Source of the DNA: Oopsacas minuta
Lineage: Eukaryota > Animalia > Porifera
DNA length: 64,000 bases
Assembly (NCBI GenBank): GCA_024704765.1
Contig: JAKMXF010000323.1
Span: 186,001 to 250,000, forward strand
Direction: 5' to 3'
Shown here in pieces: positions 51,607 through 63,443 of this stretch. Numbering within the stretch: position 1 is the first letter of the stretch; every line of letters starts with the position of its first letter. A model generated the notes under the pieces. That model did no database searches, was not told the DNA's origin, and was given only the letters and a program-made list of their open reading frames with translations. The translations under genes and the position numbers were made by a program.

Positions 51607-52215
51607 ACAACAGTACTAAGTACTTATAATATTATTCTAAAAATACACATTATCACTTATAGTATTGTGTAATCTTTCTTCCATTACAGATATGTAGAGC
51701 ATCATATCTCCAAACCAAAATTTTTAAAAAAATATGCCACCCTACAATTCCTGGATCCGCCACTGATCTACTCTAATTAATTCTGTACTCTGATATACGT
51801 TTGAAGGAAATACGTATTCACTAATACAAATATTTTACACTCTGGATTTTACTGACGTTAGGAATATAATGCTCGATAGATGTGTAGGATATTAATTACA
51901 GTATAAATACATTATATGATAATTTATCAACGTGGAACATGCTTAATCATAGTTTCATAATAATACAATCTTCTTTGACAACTTGTAAATATTACAATTA
52001 TTTAACATCATTTCATAATTCAAATGAGTAACAACTTCCACTAGAATTTCATGAAATTATAATGCTGCCAGATTTAGGGGTTTTTTCCTTAATTCACGAA
52101 CCGAACAGGCATGTTTTCTTGAAGAAATTCTACTAAATACATTCAGAATAAATAGTAGACAATAGATATGAGTTGAATAACAAGGATGTTCCCTAATTGA
52201 GTCTAAAATCTAAGT

Positions 52216-54933
52216 CAGTGGTTCTCAACCTTTTCTGGCCTTCCCCCCCCCCCCACGAAGTTTAATCTCCCTTTTGGTCCGCCACCCTCTCCCCAAATAA
52301 TTTGAAATTAGTTTTTTTAATTCAAATTAACAGTAATTCATGCGAACCTTGTAATTGCTTATTAGATGCTAATATTTCAATACTTGGACTATAACTTGAT
52401 GCTGATATCCTTAAATCTTCTCTGAAGTCAAGTCGCCTGCGGTGTCTTGACCTAAGAAAATTTGCTGAAGAAAACGTTTTCTCACAAAAATTTGTTGTTG
52501 GAAATGGAAGCAAAAGCAATCTTTCAGCTGTTTTGAAAAGATTTGGTGCTACAGTGGACCCTCGCTAATCCGAACAGTAGAAAATAAAAAAATTTTGGTT
52601 TAAAAATAATAATTTTCAATCGGAATTTGAAATTTTAATATGTACATAGTACATAATAGTAGTAGTAGTAATGTTTCGTTCGGATTAGTGCGGTTTCTAT
52701 TATGTCTTACAGTACCATAATCTGATTTGTAATACATATTACTTATATTCATTCTTATAATTTTGAGTTGCATAATGTTTATAATTCCCCATATAAGTGT
52801 ATTACTTCACTAATCCGAACAAATTCGCTAATCGGAACAGATATTCCATTAATCGGAACACCTCTGTTCGGATTAGCGAGGGTCTACTGTACCACCTTCA
52901 CTAAAACCAGAATTTAGTTTTGTTAGCACAAGAATATTTAGCTTTTGCCTCCTCATTTGCCTGTAATATAACAACTCGTCTACTAGGATGTCGTCTAAGT
53001 CCATCATATCTTCCAGTGACATATCCATCCGGGTTAGCAGGTATTTAGGGATTGATGGAACGTCTGAAAAGTGATTGGAAAAATCAGTAACTAGATTCAT
53101 CAAATGTTCTTCGACAAGGGGAGTAAATTTAACTTCAAGATATGGTGAAAGAGAAAGAATTACTTCTACACGTGGAAACATGCTCCATTGGTTGCTCAGT
53201 ATACGTAAACGAAAGAATTTCAACTTATTTTGAAATGTAGTCACATTTTTTATAGCCGCTTGAAGAAAAATCCCATCTCCCTGCAACCTAAGATTACTCA
53301 GGTTATAGTAAGAGAGGATTTCAGTAAGATAAGCTAATTTCAGTTTGAAATAGATCGATGAAAGCTCTTCTGTCTTGAAGAAATGTTTCTGATCTAGAAA
53401 TTCACATAACTGATCATAAATAGAATATACTCGTTCAAAAGCTTTTCCTCTACTAACCCAGCGAACTTCTGTGTGGAATAGAAGGACGTCGTGTTCTGCT
53501 TCCGAATCTTCACATAGTTTTCTTAATATACGTTCGTTCAAAGGAGTTGATTTGACAAAGTTCACAACTTTGATGACAAGGTTAAGTGTTTCATGAAGTT
53601 CAGGCTGGAGATTTTTAGCAGCTAACGCCTGGTTATGAAGCATACAATGGATAAAACTGCACTGCGGTACTTCCCTTTCAAACATCCCCGAATCCATTAT
53701 CTCTACCCGTCATATTTCGAGCTCCATCTGTACTAACACTAACAACTTGGCTTAAACTAATCTGATGTGAGTCAAAATAGGATCTAACCATCTTGAAGAT
53801 ATCTTGTCCAGTGCAACGACATTCAAAATAATCAACGAAAAGCAATTCTTCCTTTATGCAATCGTTATCGATGAAACGCATACAGACAATAAGAGTAGAT
53901 TCTGCTCCAAATGTTGACTCATCTAATTGAATGCTGATAGGAGTGCCCTTTATAAGCCGAACCAATTTATCTTCTAAATTCTGTGAAATTTCATTAATCC
54001 TCCTTTTTACTGTATCATTAGATAACGGGATTTTGTCTAGTTTCTCAGCTGCCGCACTTCCCAGAACATGCTTGGCACAAGCCAACTGTGAAGGTTTGAT
54101 TAGAGTTTCTGCATCTGTGTGAGTTTTTTAAGCTTTGCGATTAGAAAAGATACTTCATAGGATGCCAAAGTACAACATTTCAAATCAGTAGACTGAGTGA
54201 AGAGAGAAAATTTCTTTTTCTGCGAAAAGGATTCTATTGGCTGCCCCACCTCTGTGGGATGTTTTGAAAATTGATGCGCTTTTAAATGATGAGGCCTCAT
54301 AGAATCATTCGCCAAGCATACATGGCAGGTCAAGCAATGAGGTTTTAATTCGTCTGGACTAGATATGAATCCAAACTGCAGATAAGAGGGATCATAATGT
54401 CTATTCTGCGTTTTGCATTTGGTTCGGATATAATCTTCTGATTGTATAATAAAGTCTTGCAATGATAGGATTGAAAATGAATTAATGTAGATACAGTTCT
54501 ATGTTATATTTATGTAGATTGTAAAATGAAAATTGTATCGATCAATAGGATGCCATATTATTCACATTATTGGAATCACACATCGATAAAGTATTCACAA
54601 TTGAATACATAGTATTTATTGTCATACAAAAGCAATTGATATTTGTCAGATGCATGCCATCTTCTCAAACCCTTACATTGTAAGGCTTATAAATTATTAA
54701 CAATAATTATATCTGAGTACTAACTTTATCGACGTATAATGCAAATGGGTTTTTAAAAGAGCGAGGAATTGAATACAAAGAGATAAAAAATGAGTATCGA
54801 TAGCGAGGAGCCTCCTCTGACTAGATTATTTACGCACACCCCAGGTATAGATTGTTCTCTCCGAATATGTATCCCCCTCTTCGGTATTGCCATCCCCCCA
54901 ATGGGGGAATATCCCCCTGGTTGAGAAGCACTG
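52216..54933 (-). mobile_element. hAT (Buster; ZBED5/SCAND3-like) transposon, frameshifted, with a nested MITE
   Basis: TIRs CAGTGGTTCTCAACC and GGTTGAGAAGCACTG. BED-like PHCLTCHVCLANDSMRPHHLKAH, SIQLDEST, STDGARNM, HCMLHNQALAAK, LLFHTEVRWVSRG and CEKTFS. Confidence 0.9.
52552..52889. mobile_element. 338-bp pogo/Tigger-type MITE inserted in the hAT transposase
   Basis: TA|CAGTGGACCCTCGCTAATCCGAAC...GTTCGGATTAGCGAGGGTCTACTG|TA. Confidence 0.9.
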
Positions 54934-55176
54934 ATCTTTATGAAGACCAACATTTCACAAAGTCTAGAATCGATTTGACAAACCTGCTTCATGGAAGATT
55001 TTGTTCGTTCTATTGTGTATGTATTTATCGGCTACATTGTCGGGATTTTTGAAAATTCACTGGATTTGCGTTAAAATTCCTGAGCAAACTCAGGCTATTA
55101 TTTGGGAAAAGGGCACAGAAATTTCTAGGATTTTAGATTTCAAATTATTCACTATATTTTTTAGAATCTCAGAATA

Positions 55177-56503
55177 CGAGAGTAGTCCAAAAAGTTTTTA
55201 GAATCTATATGAAAGAATAGTAGGAAATGGATTGTTTTTTATAGTTTCTCGAAGTATATACCAGATGACTGTATGCATAAATCCATCCTTCTAAACCAAC
55301 TTTCAAAACAATTTTCCCAGTCTTCTTTGGTTAGGTCTTGGAGGGCCTCATTATAAGCCAGTCTTGCCTCTTCTGCACTATTGAAATGAACCCCTTAGAT
55401 CTTCTTGTTTAGTTTAGGGAAAAGAAAGAAGTCGCATGGCGCCATATCTGGGGAATAGGCTGGATGGGGTATCAATTTTATACCATTTTCTGCAAAAAAT
55501 CCATTGTTAAAGCAGCCTCGTGTGCACTTGCATTGTCATGGTGCCATTGAAGTGAGGTGAGGTAGGCTTTAGGATGTAAAATGCTCCACTTTTCTATCAC
55601 CTGAGGCATGCAAATGTTGACATACCAACTCGCAGTTACAGTCTTTTGCTCTAGAAGGGGAATAGTAGCAACATGTCCCTTTTTAGAGATGAAACTGGCG
55701 ACCATTTGCTTGTTGCCACTTCGTGCACGTCTCAATTTTTGAGGGGGATTATCATCTGGAAAAAGCCAAACTGAGGATTGTTGCTTCGTCTCTGGGTCAT
55801 ATTGGTAAATCCAAGTCTCATCTCCCGTAATTAATGTCTTAAATAACTTTGAACGACCATGATCGAATTTTCTGATCATAAATTTGCACCAATCCATTCG
55901 AGTTGTCATTTGTTCTTCAGAAAGTTTATGTGGAATCCAACGTGCAGCCACTTTCCTCACCAAGAGATGTTCATGAAGTATGGCATGGAGGCTTCCTCTG
56001 CTGATGTCTAAATGACTAATTATTCGTCTATTATGATTCGACGCTCATTTTTGATTATTTTCTTAATTTTCTGGATATTTTCTGGGTTAACCGCATCTGC
56101 AGGACATCCTGATTGCATCTCATCACTTAGAGTCTTTCGTCCACGGTTAAATTCATCGTACCAGTTGTACACTGTAGCCAAAGATGGTGATTTTTCTCCA
56201 AATGTGTCCTGAAGTTGAATATGTGATTCTTTAGGACTGAGTTATCTCATAAAGTCATAAAAAATAATTGCGTGAAGGTGCCTCCTTTCCAAATGTAAAT
56301 CCATAAGAAATACTTATGGAAGAATTTAAAATTAGAGCCAAGTGCTGACTATATAAGTAGCTGTCAAAAAAGTAATAAAAGATAAAAAGCTTAGATATTT
56401 TACCTAGTGTAGTTATAAATAGTGTACTATAGATATAAGATGTATTGGTGTGCAAGAAATGAAGTTACACCATTCATTCTAAAAAATTTTTGGACGACCC
56501 TCG
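55177..56503 (-). mobile_element. Mariner DNA transposon, 1327 bp, pseudogenised transposase at about 55240-56304
   Basis: TIRs CGAGAGTAGTCCAAAAAGTTTTTAGAAT and ATTCTAAAAAATTTTTGGACGACCCTCG with TA TSD. Motifs WIPHKL, TGDETWI, HHDNASAH and HPAYSPDMAPCDF. Confidence 0.95.
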
Positions 56504-56650
56504 TAATCTATGTATCCTTGGCTACGTCTCTGAATGGGAGTTATTCGTTATCCCCATGGATATTATTGTTAATACGGAGTATATAAATCGACGCTGTCCT
56601 ATTAACGTTGCACTGTTTTTCATAAATTCATTGTCTCTATCGAATATCTA

Positions 56651-56821
56651 CAGTCAACTCCTGTTATATCAAACACTGATATATCCAAAATACCCGCTTA
56701 TATCAAAGTCTTAAATTGTATATAAATATGGTCTCAAAAGGTCAAAGCAATATATATTACATGATTTGTATCGCAGTATTTATCACGGCCCCTTGAGCTT
56801 CGATATACCAGGAGTTGACTG
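56651..56821. mobile_element. 171-bp TA-targeting MITE
   Basis: TA|CAGTCAACTCCTG...CAGGAGTTGACTG|TA. Confidence 0.85.
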
Positions 56822-56964
56822 TATTGAATAACTTGTATTACTTTAATATCCATAACAATCTATTTGTATTGGATATAATGCTATAGTATTATATTACATT
56901 GAAAGTATTCTTATTCTATTTATATCAATTTTAGTTTAATAAGCTTATAATTAAGATTTGTAGA

Positions 56965-57876
56965 ATGGCTACTGCTCATAGAGAAGATACAGATCATGGA
57001 GAAGATAACTTTATTCTAGAAATACATAGAATAAAGGAGAGAATTGAAATTAAAGCTGGAGTAATCGATTATACAAACAAGAAACAACCTCTAGTTAGTA
57101 TTTGTGAGAGAGGAAAAGGAAATGAAGAACTTAGCTATCCATGTGATGTTACTGTAGATAACCAAACAGGAAATATTTATATAACAGATACATGGAATAA
57201 CTGTATTAAAGTATTTGACAGTACTGCTAAATATTTATTCGAATTCGGAGACAGTAAAGGTGAAGGAGCAATGAAACACGCGATATGTTTATCTATTTAT
57301 GGAAATAGAGTTCTTATTTCTCAAGAACACTGTATCCTGAACTATATAGTAGATGGAAAGTTCATTTCCAAAGTTGGTAAATAGGGAAATGGAGAACTTG
57401 ATTTTGACTATCCTTCTGGTCTAACAATTGATGATTCAAATGAAGATATTTATATCTGTGACCGGTGTAACAATCGTGTACAAATACTTACCATAGACTT
57501 GTGTTACAAAACTAAATTCGGTATAAATACACTCAAAGAGCCTCAATATGTAAAACTATCTAAAGAATACATTTATGTGTTAGATACATCAAATCCTTGT
57601 ATCCATCTCTTCAATCGTAACCTCAAACTCCAGAAGAGTATTATTTCTCGAGGAAAAGGAAATCAAGTCATTGATCCAAGATCTTTCTTTATTGACAATT
57701 CTGACTTCATTCTTATTGCAGATAATTCTTCTGACGCTATTTCTATGTTCAACCCTGGATTCAAGTTCGTTCACAAGATTCCTGTGTTTAACAATCCATT
57801 ATCAGTTACAGTAGACAATCAGAATAGAGTTATAGTAGTGTGTTATAATAATAAGAACTGTCTACAGATATTTTGA
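56965..57876 (+). pseudogene. NHL-repeat gene copy B: most of the coiled coil is absent (in frame) and there is one premature TAG at 57382-57384
   Basis: The two track ORFs are in the same frame, separated by one TAG where copy C has CAG. A 31-aa N-terminus joins directly to IDYTNKKQP. The region downstream of the stop codon is shared with copy A. Confidence 0.88.
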
Positions 57877-59084
57877 TATCTAATCTCTATCAATACAAAT
57901 GATAGTATCTATTTGTTAATTTGTGTGTTTACTTATAATTTTATTGACTTTCCCATTTATTCATTCTTGATTTGTTATTCATGTATTTTGTGCTAATATT
58001 TGTATTATTCATTTGGTAATATTATTCTTAATTTACATATGTCAGGGTTTACTACTGTCTAGGATTGAAATCATTGTTCCATATCTGAAATTGTACAAAA
58101 TTCAATTGACTCTACAAATTTTGTCCCAAACTTTCAAAGTAACATAATTTCATTGGTTATATCGAAGTAATAATCGCGGTCATTTGGTCTTCGATATGCC
58201 CGGAGTTGACTTTACGTAACATTGTTTATGAGAGGAACTATTTTGACCGAATAATATTGTGAAAATATGAAAATCATAACGATATCCTTGTAAGCACAAG
58301 CATACAGCGTGGAGATTACATTTCTTAGTCAGTTTTACTTTCATAATTATTTTGATGTAAGTATTATTATACCACCCAAAGTGTAGTAGTTACAGCACAC
58401 CTTTAATAATCTGAACCTTTTGCCCTGTTCATGTACGGATTAGATTGAATCTAATGTATTTAAGTGTATATATTATCCTTGATAATGACGTGACCCCCTT
58501 TGTAGCCGTTTAGAGCAAGCCCAGGGGCGGATTAATGGCCTGTGAGGTCGGGCACCCAGTAGGATTGTGAGGCTGTTATTTTTAGCCTCTATTCATTCAA
58601 TAACAGTCATCATAATCAAATTTAATTCAGAAAACTTACCACTAATAAAGAATGCACAAACAATTTAATGACTACATGAATAACATAAACGGTTAAACCT
58701 TTGCTTTCTTGGATTTGCGATTACTAAACTCTTTAATAGTTTCTCTCGAATCAACTTTTCGTAGCAATTCGTGTTCTATTCGCATCAAAGATTGCATATT
58801 TCAGCACCTCTCAGACATAGTTGAGCGCAATTCGCTTTTTATCCGCTTAAGTTTGTAGAACTATCGCTCACGGGTACAATTGCTAACCATAAGGCATAAA
58901 TATATGCGCAGTGTTATGTTTAGGTTTGGGAATGCCTCGCAAAGACCATGCTGCTGGGATCAGAGCTGCAAATGGGTCACTGACCCATGGCTCAATGGGT
59001 CAGATGGATCACTTTTTTTAAGATGGGTCAGTGAGTCATGGGTCATGACCCATCAAAATTTTATTTTTATATATATAGAGCAAG

Positions 59085-59922
59085 AATGAGCAAATGACTG
59101 TCATCGTTAGATATGTTGATGAAAAAGCCAATATCTACGAGAGTTTCCTTACATTTGTGGAGGTAGCAAGTTTAAATGCTAAAAGTTTGACCACATACTT
59201 CATCTCAACACTAAATGAACACGGATTAGATCCTTCTCGTATTGTTTCTCAAGGATACGATGGAGCTGTTGTTAGGAGCGGATAATGCAACGGTGTGCAG
59301 CAGCGAATGCGACAATTATCTCCATATGCAATTTATATACATTGTTAAGCATACAAATTGAACTTAATCCTGGTTGATTGTGCAAAGAAGGTTCAATTTG
59401 CTCACGACTTTTTCATTTTACTTGAGGCAATCTATGCATTTATTTCTACCACCAAAGTACATACTATCTTTGTGAATTTGCAAAGGGAACTTCGCCCACT
59501 GAAGCGAGTACGTCAGCTACCAAGACTTTCGGATACAAGATGGACTTGCAGATATGACGCTGTTAATTCAATATGCTGCATCTACGATTCGTTGATTGCT
59601 ACCTTAGAAGAATTTGCTGATGAAGTAAATAGGAATAAAGCAGTTGAGGCAAAAAGGACTTCTACTTCAAATCAAAAGTTTTTAATATTTACTCCTACTC
59701 AGTATGTTTAATAGGATACTAACTTGCACTAAAAGTTTATCAGACCTTCTCCAACATTCCCAACTTAATTTGGCTAGTGCAGCTCATTTAGTGTCGTCAA
59801 CCATTTCAACTCATGAATATTTCGTACCGATGAAGAATGGGAAAATAATATTTACTTATGCTGAGAATGTGGCCAAATCCAATCATATCGATATTTCCGA
59901 TTTACATGCTCCCGGAAAATGA
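59085..59922 (+). pseudogene. hAT transposase fragment (ZMYM1/THAP12-like)
   Basis: EQMTVIVRYV, SQGYDGA, YIHC.AYKLNL and RLSDTRW, with stops and frameshifts. ATGGGTCA-type repeats lie at about 58972-59052. Confidence 0.85.
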
Positions 59923-59929
59923 GCTTCCA

Positions 59930-60881
59930 CAACACTTTAAAGATTATTACTCCTATAGGGACTAGAGGATATTTACCAACAAGTCTCCAATATACTCATA
60001 TATTTCCATGTACCACAACTCCACTAGGTAATGACAGTGCTGAAGAGATTCTTAGTGATTTAATACGAGAAAAGATCCAGAATTGCATCATACAAATGTT
60101 TCTAATTCTCTATTCTCGGACTTTAGAGGAAATGATAGCCATCCGGCAAAACGTGCACGAATAGAAGCTTGCAAGGGCATCCAAAAACAAGCCAAAAAAA
60201 TGATTGCACGCAATACTCGCACCCTGCGTCCTCTTCGTATCGGTGATAGCGTTGCTGTGCCTGTATCCCAGTTTGATCGAAGCAAAGGTGATCCATCAAA
60301 TATAATTGGAATTGTTTTGGAATTTGATCAGAGAGGTTATCAAATAGGAACTAGAACTGCAAAAATAAGAGGCCGACTTGCAAGAAATCAAGTTGAATTT
60401 ATCAAATTTACTGGACTGAATTCGGAACACATACCAGATGAAGAATTATCGATTCGCGAAATTGTTCGAGCATAGAGCATATGTGGTGGTCAGGGATTTC
60501 GCAGATGTCATTACAAGAGCAATTGTTTAACAAAACGTTGCTCTTGTTTAAAGGCAGTGCTAATATGCAACTGTGCTTGTCATGGGAAAGGATCATGTGA
60601 CAACATAGAGTTATTTCCTAAATATTTTCTCACTTCTCATTCATATAATTTGTTTTCTCATCATGTTTCCTCATAGAATTATAAGTACATATTCTCAAAA
60701 ATCTTTAGATAAACAGCATTGCACATTTCATGAAGTGTGCAATAATTTGAAAGACCATTACATGAAATGAGTAACCAAATATCTATTCAATGAAATGGAC
60801 AACACAATTGCCCATTTCACCCATTGAGCAATTTGTTTGCCCAATGCATGAAATGGGCAATTTCACGATTTGCGTGTAACA
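59930..60881 (+). mobile_element. 3' fragment of a Ginger2/Tdd-like element (KRBA2-like integrase C-terminus with Cys-rich tail)
   Basis: IGDSVAVPVSQFDRSKGDPSNIIGIVL...ARNQV...GGQGFRRC...CLTKRCSCLK...CNCACH...CDN, ending in ...TTGCGTGTAACA, a TGT/ACA Ginger-type terminus. The 5' part and catalytic core are absent. Confidence 0.72.
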
Positions 60882-60904
60882 TATATACGAATTAATTAAT
60901 AGTA

Positions 60905-61597
60905 CAGTTGAAGCCTCTTAATTGGAACTCGGATAATCGAGATATCCGCTTAACGGGACTATGGTTTGAGGACAGATTTTTACTTAGAAATATCGTCGGA
61001 TAATTGTGACATTGAATCGGTTAATCAGGATTTCTAATCCCAATTACCCGATAGTATATACATTCATAATCATTGTAATATGATTTGTTTTTAAAACTAT
61101 GAATTTTAATATTCTATTCTACAAACATAACAATACAACACCGATTCTATTATTATTTACAAAACTAAGATTATTCACTTTGCTCACTGACTCAGGTCCC
61201 ATTGCCTATTGCACCATGTACGGTATATATTACCTCAATAATACAGACTGTTGGTTATCCAAACGTTTTGCTTGATCCTATGTAGTACGGATAATTGAGG
61301 TTGAAGTAATAAGTACGTGCATTATTGTTTAAACATAAATTACTAACTTTCTACCTAAATTGTTATTCATGAGTAAACTATTTTTATTAACTCTTGAAGC
61401 AGGACTCTACCCTTACTACAACGAATTATCTCTGCTATATCTTATATAAATCAGGATTTAGTAGTAGCGTAATAAGATATTTCTGGTTAAGAACTGAGAA
61501 TATGAAAAACTAGTTTTTGAATCCTTAAATACAATACAATTGGTTAATCGGGACAATACATTGACTCCCGAGCTGTCCGATTAAGCGACTGCCACTG
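60905..61597. mobile_element. 693-bp non-autonomous pogo/Tigger-type element, same family as 12422-14549
   Basis: TA|CAGTTGAAGCCTCTTAATTGG...CGATTAAGCGACTGCCACTG|TA. Confidence 0.82.
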
Positions 61598-62217
61598 TAG
61601 TATAGAAGGAAAGATCAGTTCAATTTATGTATTTAATTATTGCGGTTCGTTAATGCTTCCATTAAACTGGTTTTGACTCTACCCAATATTGTTATAAGAC
61701 GAATTATATTAACTGAATGTTATTATGAATAATGTTGATATCATAATAATATCCTTTTAGTAAGCAAATCATGTAAGTAGTGAGTATGAAATTTCATAAT
61801 CAGTTTTACTTTTACTTCCATAATTATAGTATTTATAGCATAACCTCGCTATTCAGAACATTTTTGCCCCTATTCGAATTATCAAAGTTAGGATTAGTGA
61901 GTCTCTACTGTACTTGTATATGAATTTTCCTCACAAATACGTACATCAAATTTTACAATTCTTAACTGATTATGGTCGAACTGTTACGCTCGTAATGAAA
62001 AGGTATACTCAAATAATGTCACACATTATTAAGCAATTCTCACAAGAAAACGATATTTTAGCACCTTTTTCTGGCCTAAAATCACACATTTCCCGGTCGT
62101 ATTTGGTTAATATATTTTGGTTAGTTGCATTTCTCTCTGATTTGTCTAGTTTGTGTAATTTGATTCCTTGTATGATCTTATATATATTTGAATAATATGA
62201 ATTGTATAGCAATAATA

Positions 62218-63443
62218 ATGGCTACAGCTAATCCTATATTACCACAACCTGGAGAAGATAACTACGAGTTAGAAGTAAATCGAGTGAGAGAGAAGATTAA
62301 AAGTACATTCTTAGAGTTAATCGACTGTCTAAAGGAAAGAGAGAGTAAATTGTTGAGAGAGTTAGATACAATTATGGATTGTTATCGCTCTTATAAAAGT
62401 GAATTGACAAAGCTGAATGGAAAAAAGATTGCTCTAGAAAAATCCCAAAGTTTCCTACAACATGAGATACTCACTTCTCCTATAAAATGTGTTCATGAAG
62501 ATTTGATTACTCGATTAGACACAGAACATGAATCAATTGAGTTTCCTAAACAACCTAGAATGGTTAGTTTCACTTGTGAAAACAACAAATTGTTAGATGA
62601 AGTAAAGAAGTTGGGGAGGTTAGTGAGAAGCGGAATTGATTATACAAACAAGAAACAACCTCTAATGAGTGTTTGTGACAGAGGAACCGGAAATGAACAA
62701 CTTAGCTTCCCACGGGATGTTACTGTGGATAACGAAACAGGAAATATTTGTGTAGCAGATACATGGAATGACTGTATTAAAGTATTTGATAGTACCGCTA
62801 AGTATTTATTCAAATTCGGAGATCGTAGAGGTGAAGGAGTGATGAATTCTCCGAAATTTTTATCTATTTATGGAAATAGAGTTCTTATCTCTCAAGACCA
62901 CTGTATCCTGAAATATACACTGGATGGAAAGTTCATTTCCAAAGTTGGTAAACAGGGAAATGGAGAACTTGAATTTGGCTATCTTTATGGTCTAACAATT
63001 GATGATTCAAATGAAGATATTTATATCTGTGACTGTTATAACAATCGTGTACAAATACTTACCAAAGACTTGTGCTACAAAACTAAATTCGGTACAAATA
63101 CACTCAAACGTCCTCTAAATGTGAAACTCTCTAAAGAATATATTTATGTGTTAGATACATCAAATCCTTGTATCCATCTCTTCAATCGTAACTTCATACT
63201 CCAGAAGAGCATTATTTCTCGAGGAAAAAGAAGGCAAGTGATATCTCCCTTGTTTTCTTTCTAGACATCTCTGACAATATTCTAATCTCAGATTATGGTT
63301 CTAATTCTATTTCTATTTTCAATTCTAAATATGAATGTATCCACACAATCTCTATTCCTGAACCAACAGGAATTACAGTAGATGATAAAGATAGAATTCT
63401 TGTTATGAGTCAAGCTGATGAGAATTGTCTACAGATATTCTAA
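62218..63443 (+). CDS. Coiled-coil + NHL-repeat gene copy C, full length except for one 1-nt frameshift in a T run at about 63253-63256 (pseudogene or sequence error)
   Basis: Near-identical to copy A over the coiled coil. After the frameshift the alternative frame reads FFLDISDNILISDYGSNSISIFNSKYECIHTISIPEPTGITVDDKDRILVMSQADENCLQIF* to 63443. Confidence 0.85.

Noticed and set aside
49222-51765. One large hAT element bounded by CAGTGGCGGATCCAGG ... CCTGGATCCGCCACTG
   Set aside because: The flanking 8-mers (AATTATTG vs ATCTACTC) do not match, so the ends may belong to separate MITE copies.
57382-57384. Programmed readthrough or pyrrolysine at the in-frame TAG of NHL copy B
   Set aside because: A single C-to-T change from the CAG seen in copy C explains it, there is no known readthrough context, and the copy also lacks most of its coiled coil.
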